In this document: piece by piece, positions 52,963-61,848 of the stretch | How the letters are laid out: every line of letters begins with the position of its first letter | Position numbering within the stretch: position 1 is the first letter of the stretch | Assembly: GCA_965221125.1 (NCBI GenBank) | Contig: CBDCRW010000007.1 | Location: forward strand, 32,001 to 96,000 | DNA length: 64,000 nt | Source of the DNA: Alphaproteobacteria bacterium | GTDB lineage: Bacteria; Pseudomonadota; Alphaproteobacteria; UBA828 | Reading direction: 5' to 3' | The notes under the pieces: model-generated | What the model was told of the DNA's origin: nothing | The model's input: the letters and a program-made list of their open reading frames with translations, nothing else | Databases searched by the model: none | Program-made: the position numbers and the translations under genes

Positions 52963-53328
52963 GAGAGACGGACCCGCTTGGGCACCGTAACGGCGGTAGC
53001 CTGCCCGCTCTCTCGCCCGCGCCCCGCGCTCGCACCCCGGATCGAGGACGGCAAAGTGAGATACGGCAACGAACTTTTTTTGGGGTTTTTGCCGAGATAA
53101 GCCGAGACAAGCCGAGACAAGCCGAGACAAGGTGAGACAAGGTGAGACGGCACATCGCGGTCCACAGGCGCCCGGCCGCGCCACCGCGCTGCGCGCCTCT
53201 CCGTGCCTGTCGGCCGGACAGCGCCGCGCAGACCATGACCGTGGCGAGAAATGCGGGCCGGTCTCATGCCGCCATCCTGCCGCGAACTCCCCGCCCCGTT
53301 CACCGCACCATGGTCCGGGTGCCGGGAG
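52963..53328 (+). repeat. ~360-bp non-coding element with tandem GCCGAGACAA decamers (copy 2)
   Basis: Six 10-bp units at 53091-53150; homologous to 36292-36643. Confidence 0.85.
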
Positions 53329-53415
53329 GGAGGCACCGCCCTTTCCACTGGCGTCCCCCCTCCGCCCTTCAAGGGGGGAGGGGGCCAGGGGGAGGTGGGT
53401 GGTAAAATCCAGCGC

Positions 53416-53853
53416 ATGGTCAAACCGAGGACGCACCGCGCCCGAGGCTTGCGCAAGGACGCCACGGCGGCCGAGCGTCTCCTGTGGCGGGCCTTGCGGG
53501 ATGCGGCGCTCCCGGTGAGGATTCGCCGCCAGCACCCCATCGGGCGCTACATCGCGGACTTCGCCATTCCCGCGCGCAAGCTCGTCATCGAGATCGACGG
53601 CGGCCAGCACGTCACCGCCGCGCGCCGGGATGCCGCCCGGACGGGCAACCTGGAGGCGCGGGGCTGGCGCGTTATCCGTTTCTGGAACAACGACGTGACG
53701 GGCAACCTGGCCGGTGTGCTCGAGACCATCGTTGCTGAAATAGAAAGGAGATTATATACGAAGGTCACAATTCATCTCGTCTCGGACGAACGGCAATCGA
53801 AGATATCCTCGGGATTGACGCCCGGCCCCCTTTTGGTACACTCCCGGGCGTGA
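53416..53853 (+). CDS. DUF559 endonuclease-domain protein; 3' end replaced by IS1595 sequence from 53747
   Basis: ARGLRKDATAAERLLWRALR, RRQHPIGRYIADF, LVIEIDGGQH, GWRVIRFWNNDV. Confidence 0.85.
   Translation: MVKPRTHRARGLRKDATAAERLLWRALRDAALPVRIRRQHPIGRYIADFAIPARKLVIEIDGGQHVTAARRDAARTGNLEARGWRVIRFWNNDVTGNLAGVLETIVAEIERRLYTKVTIHLVSDERQSKISSGLTPGPLLVHSRA
53815..53842 (+). promoter_or_regulatory. Sigma70-like promoter 1
   Basis: TTGACG-16 bp-TACACT with TG extension. Confidence 0.55.
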
Positions 53854-53973
53854 TCATTGGAGTGGGTGGCGACGTGCTCGTTGACCGGTCGACGGGTTCC
53901 CTCGCCTTCGGAGGATCTCCCGTCCAACGCTGGTCCTCACCCTCCCCATCCCGTTCGTAACCTAAGTAGATAA

Positions 53974-54049
53974 TGGAGACCCGAGCCGGATTCGAACCGG
54001 CGTAAACGCCATTTCCAGGGACGCGCCTAACCACTCGAGCCATCGGGTC
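53974..54049 (-). tRNA. tRNA-like gene: Cys-type body with GGA (Ser) anticodon
   Basis: GACCCGA/TCGGGTC acceptor, U73, CCA; D-loop GAGTGGTTA; loop CTGGAAA; T-arm GCCGG-TTCGAAT-CCGGC; 76 nt. Confidence 0.8.
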
Positions 54050-54110
54050 TCCATCTATTTATCGGCGTTGGCACCCTCCCCTAAGTATTTGTTTTAGAAG
54101 AAAGTTCGTC

Positions 54111-54139
54111 TTGACGCCCGTCTCCAGACGTGTTACACT
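54111..54139 (+). promoter_or_regulatory. Sigma70-like promoter 2 (transposase)
   Basis: TTGACG-17 bp-TACACT with TG extension, upstream of AGGAGG RBS. Confidence 0.65.
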
Positions 54140-54165
54140 TCGGTCACAATTCAGGAGGATCGGGG

Positions 54166-55146
54166 ATGGGCAAGAGTTCACCGGGCAAGGGCGACCGCGA
54201 GGGCATCGGCCTCGTCACCCTGCTGCGGATGTTCCCCGACGACGAGGCAGCGCGGCGGTGGTTCGAGGAGCGGGTGTGGCCGGACGGCCCCCACTGCCCC
54301 CACTGCGGCAGCCTCAACGTCCAGGCCGGCATCAAGCACAAGACGATGACGCACCGGTGCCGCGACTGCTCCAACCGCCCGATGTTCAGCCTGCGGACCG
54401 GCACCGTCATGCAGGGCTCGAAGCTCGGCTACCAGACCTGGGCCATCGCGGTCTACCTGCTGACGACGAGCCTCAAGGGCACCAGCAGCATGAAGCTGCA
54501 TCGGGATCTTGAGATCACCCAAAAATCTGCTTGGCATCTGATGCATAGGCTCCGGAAATCGTTCGAGAACGACCCCGAGCCGTTCAAGGGTCCGGTGGAG
54601 GCGGACGAGACGTACATCGGCGGCAAGCGTAAGAATATGCACGCCAAGAAACGGCGGGAATTGAAGGGCCGGGGTGCCGTGGGTAAGACCGCCGTGGTCG
54701 GTGTTCGGGACCGTGACACCAAGCGCGTGAGCGCCGGGGTGGTGGAGGCGACCGATGGTCCCACGTTGCAGGGATTCGTGGCCGAGCGGGCCGCCGAGGG
54801 GACCACGGTCTATACCGACGAGGCGCGGGCGTACCAGGGCATGTCGTTCGCCCACGAGGCAGTTGCCCACAGCGTCGGGGAGTACGTCCGGGACCAGGCT
54901 CACACCAACGGGATGGAGAGCTTCTGGTCGATGCTCAAGCGCGGGTACGTCGGCACCTACCACAAGCTCAGCCCGAAGCACCTCGACCGGTACGTGACCG
55001 AGTTCGCGGGACGGCACAACGCCCGCGCCGCCGACACCCTCGATCAGATGACCGGCATCGTGACGGGAATGGTGGGGAAGCGGCTCCGGTACGCGGACCT
55101 GATCGCGGACAACGGACTGGAGTCGGGGGCGAAGCCGACTAAGTAG
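54166..55146 (+). CDS. IS1595-family transposase
   Basis: WPDGPHCPHCG...CRDC zinc ribbon, VEADETYIGG, VYTDE, HTNGMESFWSMLKRG, KHLDRYVTEF. Confidence 0.95.
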   Translation: MGKSSPGKGDREGIGLVTLLRMFPDDEAARRWFEERVWPDGPHCPHCGSLNVQAGIKHKTMTHRCRDCSNRPMFSLRTGTVMQGSKLGYQTWAIAVYLLTTSLKGTSSMKLHRDLEITQKSAWHLMHRLRKSFENDPEPFKGPVEADETYIGGKRKNMHAKKRRELKGRGAVGKTAVVGVRDRDTKRVSAGVVEATDGPTLQGFVAERAAEGTTVYTDEARAYQGMSFAHEAVAHSVGEYVRDQAHTNGMESFWSMLKRGYVGTYHKLSPKHLDRYVTEFAGRHNARAADTLDQMTGIVTGMVGKRLRYADLIADNGLESGAKPTK

Positions 55147-55151
55147 GATTC

Positions 55152-55367
55152 ATGGAAGAGAACGCCTTTTATCCCAAGACCGTGGACAAGCCTAGTCCTG
55201 CTAATTATCCGACCGAACAAGATTTCGCGCTTGCTCACAGAGAGTGGTTTGAATGTACCGTGCTTCCTGAGCAACCTGATTGGTGTAATTGGTGTCAGTC
55301 TGTGACGATGGATATTTCAACCGGGAAATTTCATCACAAAGATGGGTGTCCAAACTCAAGAGATTAG
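55152..55367 (+). CDS. Small hypothetical Cys/His protein (lower GC)
   Basis: ORF directly after transposase, WCNWC...HHKDGC; overlaps an opposite-strand ORF so uncertain. Confidence 0.35.
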   Translation: MEENAFYPKTVDKPSPANYPTEQDFALAHREWFECTVLPEQPDWCNWCQSVTMDISTGKFHHKDGCPNSRD

Positions 55368-55506
55368 TCTTGACGTCGTCCTTGTGACTACCCCACTGGA
55401 TCAGTAGGCGCGCCACAGCTTTGGTGAATACCTCGACCGACTTTACGTCATACGACTCCCGTTCACCCATGCCATCTCCTCCTGTTTTGATGGGTTGATC
55501 TGATAC

Positions 55507-56052
55507 TCACCGCAGCATCTGCTGCATCAGCCGCTGCAGGTTTACATGAGAGCGGTTGGTGCTGCCAGCGGGGCTCTCCCGCTGGTTCTTGTACGCGACC
55601 CACCGTCCCGAGCGATTTTGGCAGGCGAAGGCGTAGTTGAGGCGGTAGTTCTTCGCCCCCGCGGGCCACGAGCGGTAGCGGTAGTTCCAGCAGTACCCTC
55701 CCCGGGGCGTTCGGTAGAATCCCCCCACGATGCCGTCGACCTCCCAGCGGTACGGACCGTCATGCACCACGACGGGGAAGGGGACCACGACCTTGCGCGG
55801 GTCGGTGCCGGGGCCTCCCCAGCCGACGAGGTGCTCCTTGAAGCCGGTCTCGCCATCCCGGCTGTACCCCAGGAATCGCATCTGGCGGGACCGGTGACTC
55901 TCGCCCTGCCGCTCGTGGACCGTCCGAGCGGACGCGCCGGAAACGGGGGCGGGGGTGAACTGTGCCCCGCCGGCGACCACCCGAAGGTCCGGGGTGCAGG
56001 CGGCAACGGAGACGACCCCTGCCAGTAGGGTTATCGCGACGAGCCCTCTCAT
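55507..56052 (-). CDS. Putative lipoprotein cargo
   Basis: Hydrophobic leader with VAAC lipobox-like motif. Confidence 0.55.
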   Translation of the reverse strand: MRGLVAITLLAGVVSVAACTPDLRVVAGGAQFTPAPVSGASARTVHERQGESHRSRQMRFLGYSRDGETGFKEHLVGWGGPGTDPRKVVVPFPVVVHDGPYRWEVDGIVGGFYRTPRGGYCWNYRYRSWPAGAKNYRLNYAFACQNRSGRWVAYKNQRESPAGSTNRSHVNLQRLMQQMLR

Positions 56053-56054
56053 GG

Positions 56055-56546
56055 CTAAAACGCGATCGTGCTCTTGGTCCCGGTGCAGTGCCGGGTGTAG
56101 AGAATCTCCAGCGCGCGGCGCAAACGGTCCGGGTCCAAGTTGTACATCGGCAGGGTGACCCGCTTGTGGCTCCCCATCGAGACCCCGGATATGACGAGGC
56201 TGAGGTAGAGCAGATCGTTCTGCGGCTCGATGTCCGCCACGACATCGTCCCCGGCGAGAGTCATGACGAGGACCTGCCCGTTGTCGGGGAAGTAGCGGTA
56301 CTCGATCTCGATGAACTCGGGGTCGACGTTATTCCAGTAGATTCGGACGTAGCCGCCCTTGCTGTCGTCCATGCCGGAGACGCACGCGCTCCGGTCGTAG
56401 ATGCGGGCGGTGGCGACCCCGTTGGCCTCCCGGAGGGGGTCCCCCGTCGTCAGGTAGTTGGTAAGCTGCTGGAAGGCGTCTCCCTGCCCCGCCTCGGCCC
56501 CGGTTGCCACCATGACTGCGGCGAGCAGTATCATCGACCATCTCAT
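56055..56546 (-). CDS. Putative secreted protein cargo
   Basis: MRWSMILLAAVMVATGAEA signal peptide; adjacent to 55507..56052. Confidence 0.55.
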   Translation of the reverse strand: MRWSMILLAAVMVATGAEAGQGDAFQQLTNYLTTGDPLREANGVATARIYDRSACVSGMDDSKGGYVRIYWNNVDPEFIEIEYRYFPDNGQVLVMTLAGDDVVADIEPQNDLLYLSLVISGVSMGSHKRVTLPMYNLDPDRLRRALEILYTRHCTGTKSTIAF

Positions 56547-56802
56547 CCCACACCCCACTCCGTCGCCCCGGTCCCGGCGGGCGCCGGGCCGTTGCAAGCA
56601 ACACACGGGTTAGCGTGGGAAGCCCCGCCTATTCGTCCGGGACGAGGGAGCTACCCCCGACCCTGCACGGACTCTTGTATTCGAGCGGGCGACCCGACTC
56701 AGCGGGTACCCGTGTCTTGCTTGCGGAAACGAGCGTAGGGGAGAGGACGCCGGACGGTCAACCCGACTTGACTACCGGGCGGACGGCGACCATCAAGAGA
56801 AC

Positions 56803-56997
56803 GTGGATCAGGAACCCCGCGAGGACCCGAAACCCCCCTCCTGCCTCACGTGCCAGCACTGGTGGCCGCGGGCGGAGGGCGGGGGAACGTGCGGCAAGGT
56901 GATCGGGACCCAGAACGTCACCGAGGCGTACGACTGGTGCCGTGAGCACCAACCCCGGGGCCTGCGCGGGGTGGCCCACAAACAAACGACGTGGTAG
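56803..56997 (+). CDS. Small Cys-rich protein
   Basis: CLTCQHW...GTCG...DWCREH four-Cys pattern. Confidence 0.45.
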   Translation: MDQEPREDPKPPSCLTCQHWWPRAEGGGTCGKVIGTQNVTEAYDWCREHQPRGLRGVAHKQTTW

Positions 56998-57010
56998 GAG
57001 CGAAACCGCC

Positions 57011-57172
57011 GTGAAGGACGAGTCGAAGCCTCCCGTCGTCCGAATCAAACCCTCCAGCTATCAGCCGCCCAAGGCCGAACTGGAAGAGGACGTACGCATC
57101 GACGCCACCCCGGAGGAACTGGCGCGTGCGGTGCTGCGTCAGGTGAGAGTGGTCAAGGACCCGGAGGCGTGA
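57011..57172 (+). CDS. Small hypothetical protein at IS end
   Basis: AGGAG RBS, GTG start, PSSYQPPKAELEEDVRIDATPEELARAVL. Confidence 0.5.
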   Translation: MKDESKPPVVRIKPSSYQPPKAELEEDVRIDATPEELARAVLRQVRVVKDPEA

Positions 57173-57204
57173 CCGGGCAATTGTGATCTAGGTATATAAT
57201 CTCC

Positions 57205-57479
57205 TTCCCGAAACAGGCGGCGACTGGACGGTCCATCCGGACGAGCACCGCACGCTGAGGGGCGTGCTGGAGAGCTGGGCAGCGCGGGCCGGCTGGACAC
57301 TGGTGTGGAAGGCGCGCGAGGACTACGGCCTGGGCGCGGCGGCGGTGTTCGAGGGCGGCTTCCTGGAGGCCGCCGACGTGCTGCTGAGCGGCCCGGCGAC
57401 GAGGCGGACCCTGGACGTCCGCGCCTATGCGGCAAACCGCCACCTGGTGGTGGACGACGCCGATGGAGCGGGCTGGTGA
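57205..57479 (+). pseudogene. TcpQ-domain protein, N-terminus removed at IS1595 junction
   Basis: WTVHPDEHRTLRGVLESWAARAGWTLVW...FEGGFLEAA. Confidence 0.7.
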
Positions 57480-58015
57480 GTGCGGCGCGCATCATGGCTC
57501 TGCTGTGTTCGGTCGTTTTCGCGAGCCTGGCCTCGGCCCCACTCGCGGGGTGCATGTCGTGGGTGCCTGCGTCGGTGTCGGCGATCTCGCTCTTGGGCGA
57601 CGAACCCGATCCTGCGGAGACGCGTCTTGTCGAGGCGGTCGAGCGCGCCGAGCGGGCGCTGGCCTTGCTCGCCTGCGCGGTGCCGGCGCTGGATCCGGAG
57701 TCGGGGCTGCCGGACGCGCGTTCCGTGCCCGCCGCGTTGCGCACCCCTGTGACGCTGGACTGGACGGGGCCGGTGGAGGCGCTGGCGGACGAGCTGGCGC
57801 GGCGCGCGGGCTACCGTTTCGCGGAAGCCGGCCGTCCGCCGGCGCGGCCGCTGATCGTCTCCGTCGAGGCGGACGCGCAACCGCTGATCGCAGTGCTCCG
57901 CGACGCGGGCCTGCGTGCGGGCGCTGCCGCCACGCTCACCGTCGATGCGGAACGGCGGACGGTTCTTCTCGACTGGACCGAACAGCCGGCACTCACGCCG
58001 GAGAGGGCCTGGTGA
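57476..58015 (+). CDS. dotD: DotD/TraH-family lipoprotein
   Basis: Lipobox LAGC; VTLDWTGPVEALADELARRAGYRF...LRDAGLRAG. Confidence 0.8.
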   Translation: MSAARIMALLCSVVFASLASAPLAGCMSWVPASVSAISLLGDEPDPAETRLVEAVERAERALALLACAVPALDPESGLPDARSVPAALRTPVTLDWTGPVEALADELARRAGYRFAEAGRPPARPLIVSVEADAQPLIAVLRDAGLRAGAAATLTVDAERRTVLLDWTEQPALTPERAW

Positions 58016-58842
58016 TGCGGGGCCTGCGCGTCCTGGCCGTCGCGGCGCTCGGCATCGCGCTGGCACCCCTCCCCGTTCCGGCAACGGAACCGCCGCCGAG
58101 CCTGGCGGCGCTGCAGGCGTTGTCACCGGAGAGCGGACCGGATGTGCCCTTCGCGGCGGAGAAACGCGCGTCGGCCGTCCGCCTGGCCGCGCTGGGGTTC
58201 GGCGCGCGCGCGGGCCTCGCGCGGCGCACGTGGGAGATCGCCGCCATGCTGGACCGGCACGGCCCGAAACTCTCCGCGATCTACCGCTTCGGCGATCTCG
58301 TGCTGCGCGACGACGGGTTCACGGTGCTGCCGCCGGTCGTCGCCGAGACCCGCAGGGCCTTCCGGTTGGAACCCGCCGGCACGCGCGCGGCGAGCGCCCG
58401 GCGGGTGCTCAGGATTCTGGAGCCGGAGCGGCTGGTGAGCGCGGCGCCGGACTGGCGCGACTGGCTGGAGCGTTCCTGGCGCCCGGCCCAGCCGCCCGCG
58501 TCAGTGCTGTTTCCGCGCGACGACCGGGAGGAGGCCCGCTGGCGGCGTCTGCTGACCGAAGGCTGGGCCAAGGGCGTGGCCCTGGCCGACGACATCTTTG
58601 CCGCCGACCTCGACCGCCTCAGCCGCACCTTCGAAGGCGTGGTGCTCTGGCACCGGCTCAGCCGCACCGGGATGCTGACCACGCCCGGCATCGAGGTGGA
58701 ACGGGCCGGCGTTTCCGGCCACGAGAGGCTGATGCGGATCGGCGCGGCCTCGGCCCACATCGCCCGCGTCGCCCGCTTCGAACTGGACGCCGGGCGCTGG
58801 GCGCCGCCGCCGAGACCCTCGGGCCGCAGGGGCAGCCGATGA
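58015..58842 (+). CDS. dotC: DotC/TraI-family type IVB secretion protein
   Basis: ALGFGARAGLA, LSAIYRFG, VLPPVVAE, APDWRDWL, GWAKG. Confidence 0.82.
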   Translation: MRGLRVLAVAALGIALAPLPVPATEPPPSLAALQALSPESGPDVPFAAEKRASAVRLAALGFGARAGLARRTWEIAAMLDRHGPKLSAIYRFGDLVLRDDGFTVLPPVVAETRRAFRLEPAGTRAASARRVLRILEPERLVSAAPDWRDWLERSWRPAQPPASVLFPRDDREEARWRRLLTEGWAKGVALADDIFAADLDRLSRTFEGVVLWHRLSRTGMLTTPGIEVERAGVSGHERLMRIGAASAHIARVARFELDAGRWAPPPRPSGRRGSR

Positions 58843-59978
58843 GCGCGCATCCCCATGAGCGGTGGCCCGAAGCCGCGCACGGCTTCCCGGCGGACAGGCT
58901 CGACGAGTTCCTGCTGTGGGCGGCCGACCGCGGCGCTTCCGACATCGCCTTCCAGACCGGCTCCCCGGCCTTCGTCGAGATCGACGGCGGTTTACAGCGC
59001 GCCACGGCCGCCGCGCTGGACGGCGTGGTCATGGGCAGGCTTTGCGAGCGCCTCTACGACGCAACCGGCGAAGGCATCCTGCGCTCGGGCCGCGCCATCG
59101 ACTGCTCGCACTCGATCACGCTGGCACGTGGGCTCTCGCAACGCTTCCGCTGCAATCTCGCACCGGTCCAGGGCGCTGCAGGCTTCGCGGTCAACATCAC
59201 GCTCCGCGTGCTGCCCGGCAAGCCCCCCACGTTCGCGGAACTGGGGGTCGAGGACGGGATCGTGCGCTCGTGGGAGCTGTGCAAGGGGCTCGTGCTGGTC
59301 ACGGGCGTGCCGGGCTCGGGCAAGTCCACCCTGCTCGCAGCCGGCACGCGCCACCTGCTGGAGCGGGGCGCGGGCCGCATACAGTCCTACGAGGCGCCGA
59401 TCGAGTACGTCTTCGACGGGATTGCCGCTGACGCGGCGCTGATGTCGTCCGCCGAGATACCCCGCCACTTCCCGAGCTTCGCGGACGGCCTGCGCTCCAG
59501 CCTCAGGCGGCGGCCTTCGGCCGTGATCGTGGGCGAGGCGCGCGACCGGGAGACCGTCGAGGCGGTGGTGAAGGCGGCGGACTACGGCATCGCCGTGTTC
59601 TCGACCGCCCACACCATCGGGGTGGCGGCGACGGTGCGCCGCATGCTGGCCGAGTTCCCCGCGCACGAGCGGGCGGAACGGGGCGCCGCGCTGATCGACG
59701 CCATGACGCTGGTGGTGACCCAGGTGCTGCTGCCCAACCCCAAGGGAGGAAGGACAGCGCTCCGCGAATGGCTCGCCTTCGACGCCGGCCTGAAGGCGGA
59801 GCTGCTGGAGAGCCCGCAGGCCAGCTGGCCCGCGAGGATCGCAGCGGCCCTGGCCGCCACCGGCAACGAGCTCGCGGCCGCCGCCCGCAAGGCGCACGCC
59901 CGGGGCCTGATCGTCGACGAAGGACTGCAACGGATCCTCGCCGGCGGCGGTGTACCGAAGCCGAACGAAGGAGATTGA
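58839..59978 (+). CDS. dotB: DotB/TraJ PilT-like ATPase
   Basis: GASDIAFQTG, RFRCN, GVPGSGKSTLL, YEAPIEY, LRRRPSAVIVGEARDRET, STAHT, RTALREWL. Confidence 0.88.
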   Translation: MSAHPHERWPEAAHGFPADRLDEFLLWAADRGASDIAFQTGSPAFVEIDGGLQRATAAALDGVVMGRLCERLYDATGEGILRSGRAIDCSHSITLARGLSQRFRCNLAPVQGAAGFAVNITLRVLPGKPPTFAELGVEDGIVRSWELCKGLVLVTGVPGSGKSTLLAAGTRHLLERGAGRIQSYEAPIEYVFDGIAADAALMSSAEIPRHFPSFADGLRSSLRRRPSAVIVGEARDRETVEAVVKAADYGIAVFSTAHTIGVAATVRRMLAEFPAHERAERGAALIDAMTLVVTQVLLPNPKGGRTALREWLAFDAGLKAELLESPQASWPARIAAALAATGNELAAAARKAHARGLIVDEGLQRILAGGGVPKPNEGD

Positions 59979-60002
59979 GGCGCATGAAGGGGAGATACCG
60001 CG

Positions 60003-60326
60003 ATGGAACCTTCGGAGGGACCGGGGTGTTCTTCGGCCCGAGGGTCCCCTGTGCCAGGGAGTTCCCCTGTGGCGTGGCGGGATTCGATGCGCCCGGTGAG
60101 GGCGTGGGTGTTCGACGCGCGCCTGCTGATCCTGGCGCTGCCGTGGCTGTTCCTGCCGACCTGGTGGACGACGGCAATAGTCGTTGCCGCGATGCTGGCC
60201 TGCCGCGCGGCGGAGGCGCGGGGCTACCGGCTGGCTGCGGCCGTGCGCGCGCTCAGGGCGCTGAGCGCCGGTCGCCGCCGGGCGCTCCATGCCGCCCGCC
60301 TGCGCCGCTTCACGGACTTCGCGTAA
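60003..60326 (+). CDS. icmT: IcmT/TraK-family membrane protein
   Basis: WRDSMRPVRAWVFDAR followed by hydrophobic segments and RGYRL. Confidence 0.8.
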   Translation: MEPSEGPGCSSARGSPVPGSSPVAWRDSMRPVRAWVFDARLLILALPWLFLPTWWTTAIVVAAMLACRAAEARGYRLAAAVRALRALSAGRRRALHAARLRRFTDFA

Positions 60327-60838
60327 TGGGCGCATTGCTGGCGATCGCGCTGCTGGCGCTCCCGGCGGCGTCGGCCGGGGCCGGGTTCCGCTACGTGCCC
60401 CCGGCGGAAACCGGCGCCGTGCCGGCGGAGGCAATCGCGAAGTCGCCGCGCGCTGGGGATATCGGGCCTCCGCCCGGTCCCGGCCCGGCTGACCTGGACC
60501 CGAGGGTCACTGGCACGAGTGTCTCCGGCGCGAGCGTCTTGGACCCAAGGGTCTCTGGCGCGAGCGTCTGGCGGGTGCGTGAGGGCGAGATGCTGCGCGC
60601 CGTGCTGGCGCGCTGGGCAGAGCGGGCCGGCACGGACGTCTTGTTCCTGACGGACCGCGGCTACCGGCTGGACGGCGACGCGGCTTTCGAGGGCGGGCTC
60701 GCGGATGCGGTGCAGGCGCTGTTCCGAAGCCTGTCGCATCTCCCGCGCGCCCCGGTGGCCGCACGATCCGAGGGCGGCACGACGCTCGTCGTGAGGCACC
60801 GGATGCCCGCATCGCCGATAGGCGGAGGCAAACCATGA
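60326..60838 (+). CDS. TcpQ-domain protein
   Basis: Signal peptide; WRVREGEMLRAVLARWAERAG...FEGGLADAV. Confidence 0.75.
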   Translation: MGALLAIALLALPAASAGAGFRYVPPAETGAVPAEAIAKSPRAGDIGPPPGPGPADLDPRVTGTSVSGASVLDPRVSGASVWRVREGEMLRAVLARWAERAGTDVLFLTDRGYRLDGDAAFEGGLADAVQALFRSLSHLPRAPVAARSEGGTTLVVRHRMPASPIGGGKP

Positions 60839-61848
60839 AGGTGGCAACGAACGGCGCGCGCCGCGCGGCGACGCGACTGCGGCTGCTTGCGGCAGCGTTG
60901 GCGGTCGGGGCCGCGATTGCGGCGGCATCAAGTGGAGCCGGGGCTGGGAGCGGGGCGGACCTGCAGTCCCAGGGTCTCCGGCCCGAGGGTCTCCGGGCCG
61001 AGGCTCTGGTGTCGGCGTTGCGCGCCAACGGGGCGGAGATCGTCCCCCTGGGCGCGCGCGGCGGGATGAACGGCTACTTCGTCACGCCGGCGAAGAGTAC
61101 GGGCTACAGCCTGTACGTCACGGAAGACGGCCATGCGGTCGCAGGTCTGCTCTACGGGCCGGACGGAATGGAGATCACCGGCGCTCAGCTCGCCGCGGTG
61201 CGGGCGGGGGACGCCGGTGCGGGCTCGGGCGGCGCCGCCGCGCATAATGAATCGGCGACCCCGGCGGCAGTTGTCGTCGCCCATGCCGAACATGGGAGCT
61301 TCGTCCGTCCGGTCTCTTCGCCTTCCCTCGCGGAACTGTTCGAGCGCAGCACCGCCGCCTTCGGGTTCACCCTCGGCAAGCGCGGCCCCTTGGTGGTGCT
61401 GCTCGGAGACCCGACCTGTTCGTTCTCGCGCTCGGCCGCCGCCAGGCTGGGGCGTGCGGCACTCGACGGACACCTTCAACTGCGGGTAGTGCCGGTGGCG
61501 GTCCTCGGCGCGGACGCCGCACGCCGGGCTGTCGCGATCGCCGCGCACCCCGAGCCGGCTCGGGCCTGGTTCGAGGGCGGCGGAGCGGCCGACGCCACCG
61601 GTGCAGAACGCATTGCCCGCAACAACGCCATCTTCGATGCGTGGGGTGCCACGGCCGTGCCGCTTATCGCCTGGCGAACGCTGGGCGGCGCGGTCGGGCA
61701 CCGGATCGGCGACATCGACGACGTGGACGTCTGGCTCCGGGAGACCCTCGGGCCGAGGACTCTCGGGCCGGAGACACTCGTGCCGGACACCCTCAGGGCG
61801 GGAGAGCCTCGGCCCCGAGACCCTCGGGCCGGTGACGGTCATGAGTAG
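60835..61848 (+). CDS. DsbG/TrbB-like thioredoxin-fold protein (CxxS)
   Basis: GGMNGY, YVTEDGHAVAGLLY, DPTCSFS, VPVAVLG, ATAVP. Confidence 0.7.
   Translation: MKVATNGARRAATRLRLLAAALAVGAAIAAASSGAGAGSGADLQSQGLRPEGLRAEALVSALRANGAEIVPLGARGGMNGYFVTPAKSTGYSLYVTEDGHAVAGLLYGPDGMEITGAQLAAVRAGDAGAGSGGAAAHNESATPAAVVVAHAEHGSFVRPVSSPSLAELFERSTAAFGFTLGKRGPLVVLLGDPTCSFSRSAAARLGRAALDGHLQLRVVPVAVLGADAARRAVAIAAHPEPARAWFEGGGAADATGAERIARNNAIFDAWGATAVPLIAWRTLGGAVGHRIGDIDDVDVWLRETLGPRTLGPETLVPDTLRAGEPRPRDPRAGDGHE

Larger units (their letters stand above)
53747..57204 (+). mobile_element. IS1595-family element with passenger genes
   Basis: 26-bp IRs GGAGATTATATACGAAGGTCACAATT / rc GGAGATTATATACCTAGATCACAATT (23/26); no target duplication seen. 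Confidence 0.85.

Noticed and set aside
53355-53400. CCCCCTCC...GGAGGGGG palindrome before DUF559 gene (similar at 29390 and 48952)
   Set aside because: Looks like a common REP-like palindrome; nothing specific to support more
55201-55470. Minus-strand ORF overlapping 55152..55367
   Set aside because: Cannot tell which overlapping ORF is real; no motif support
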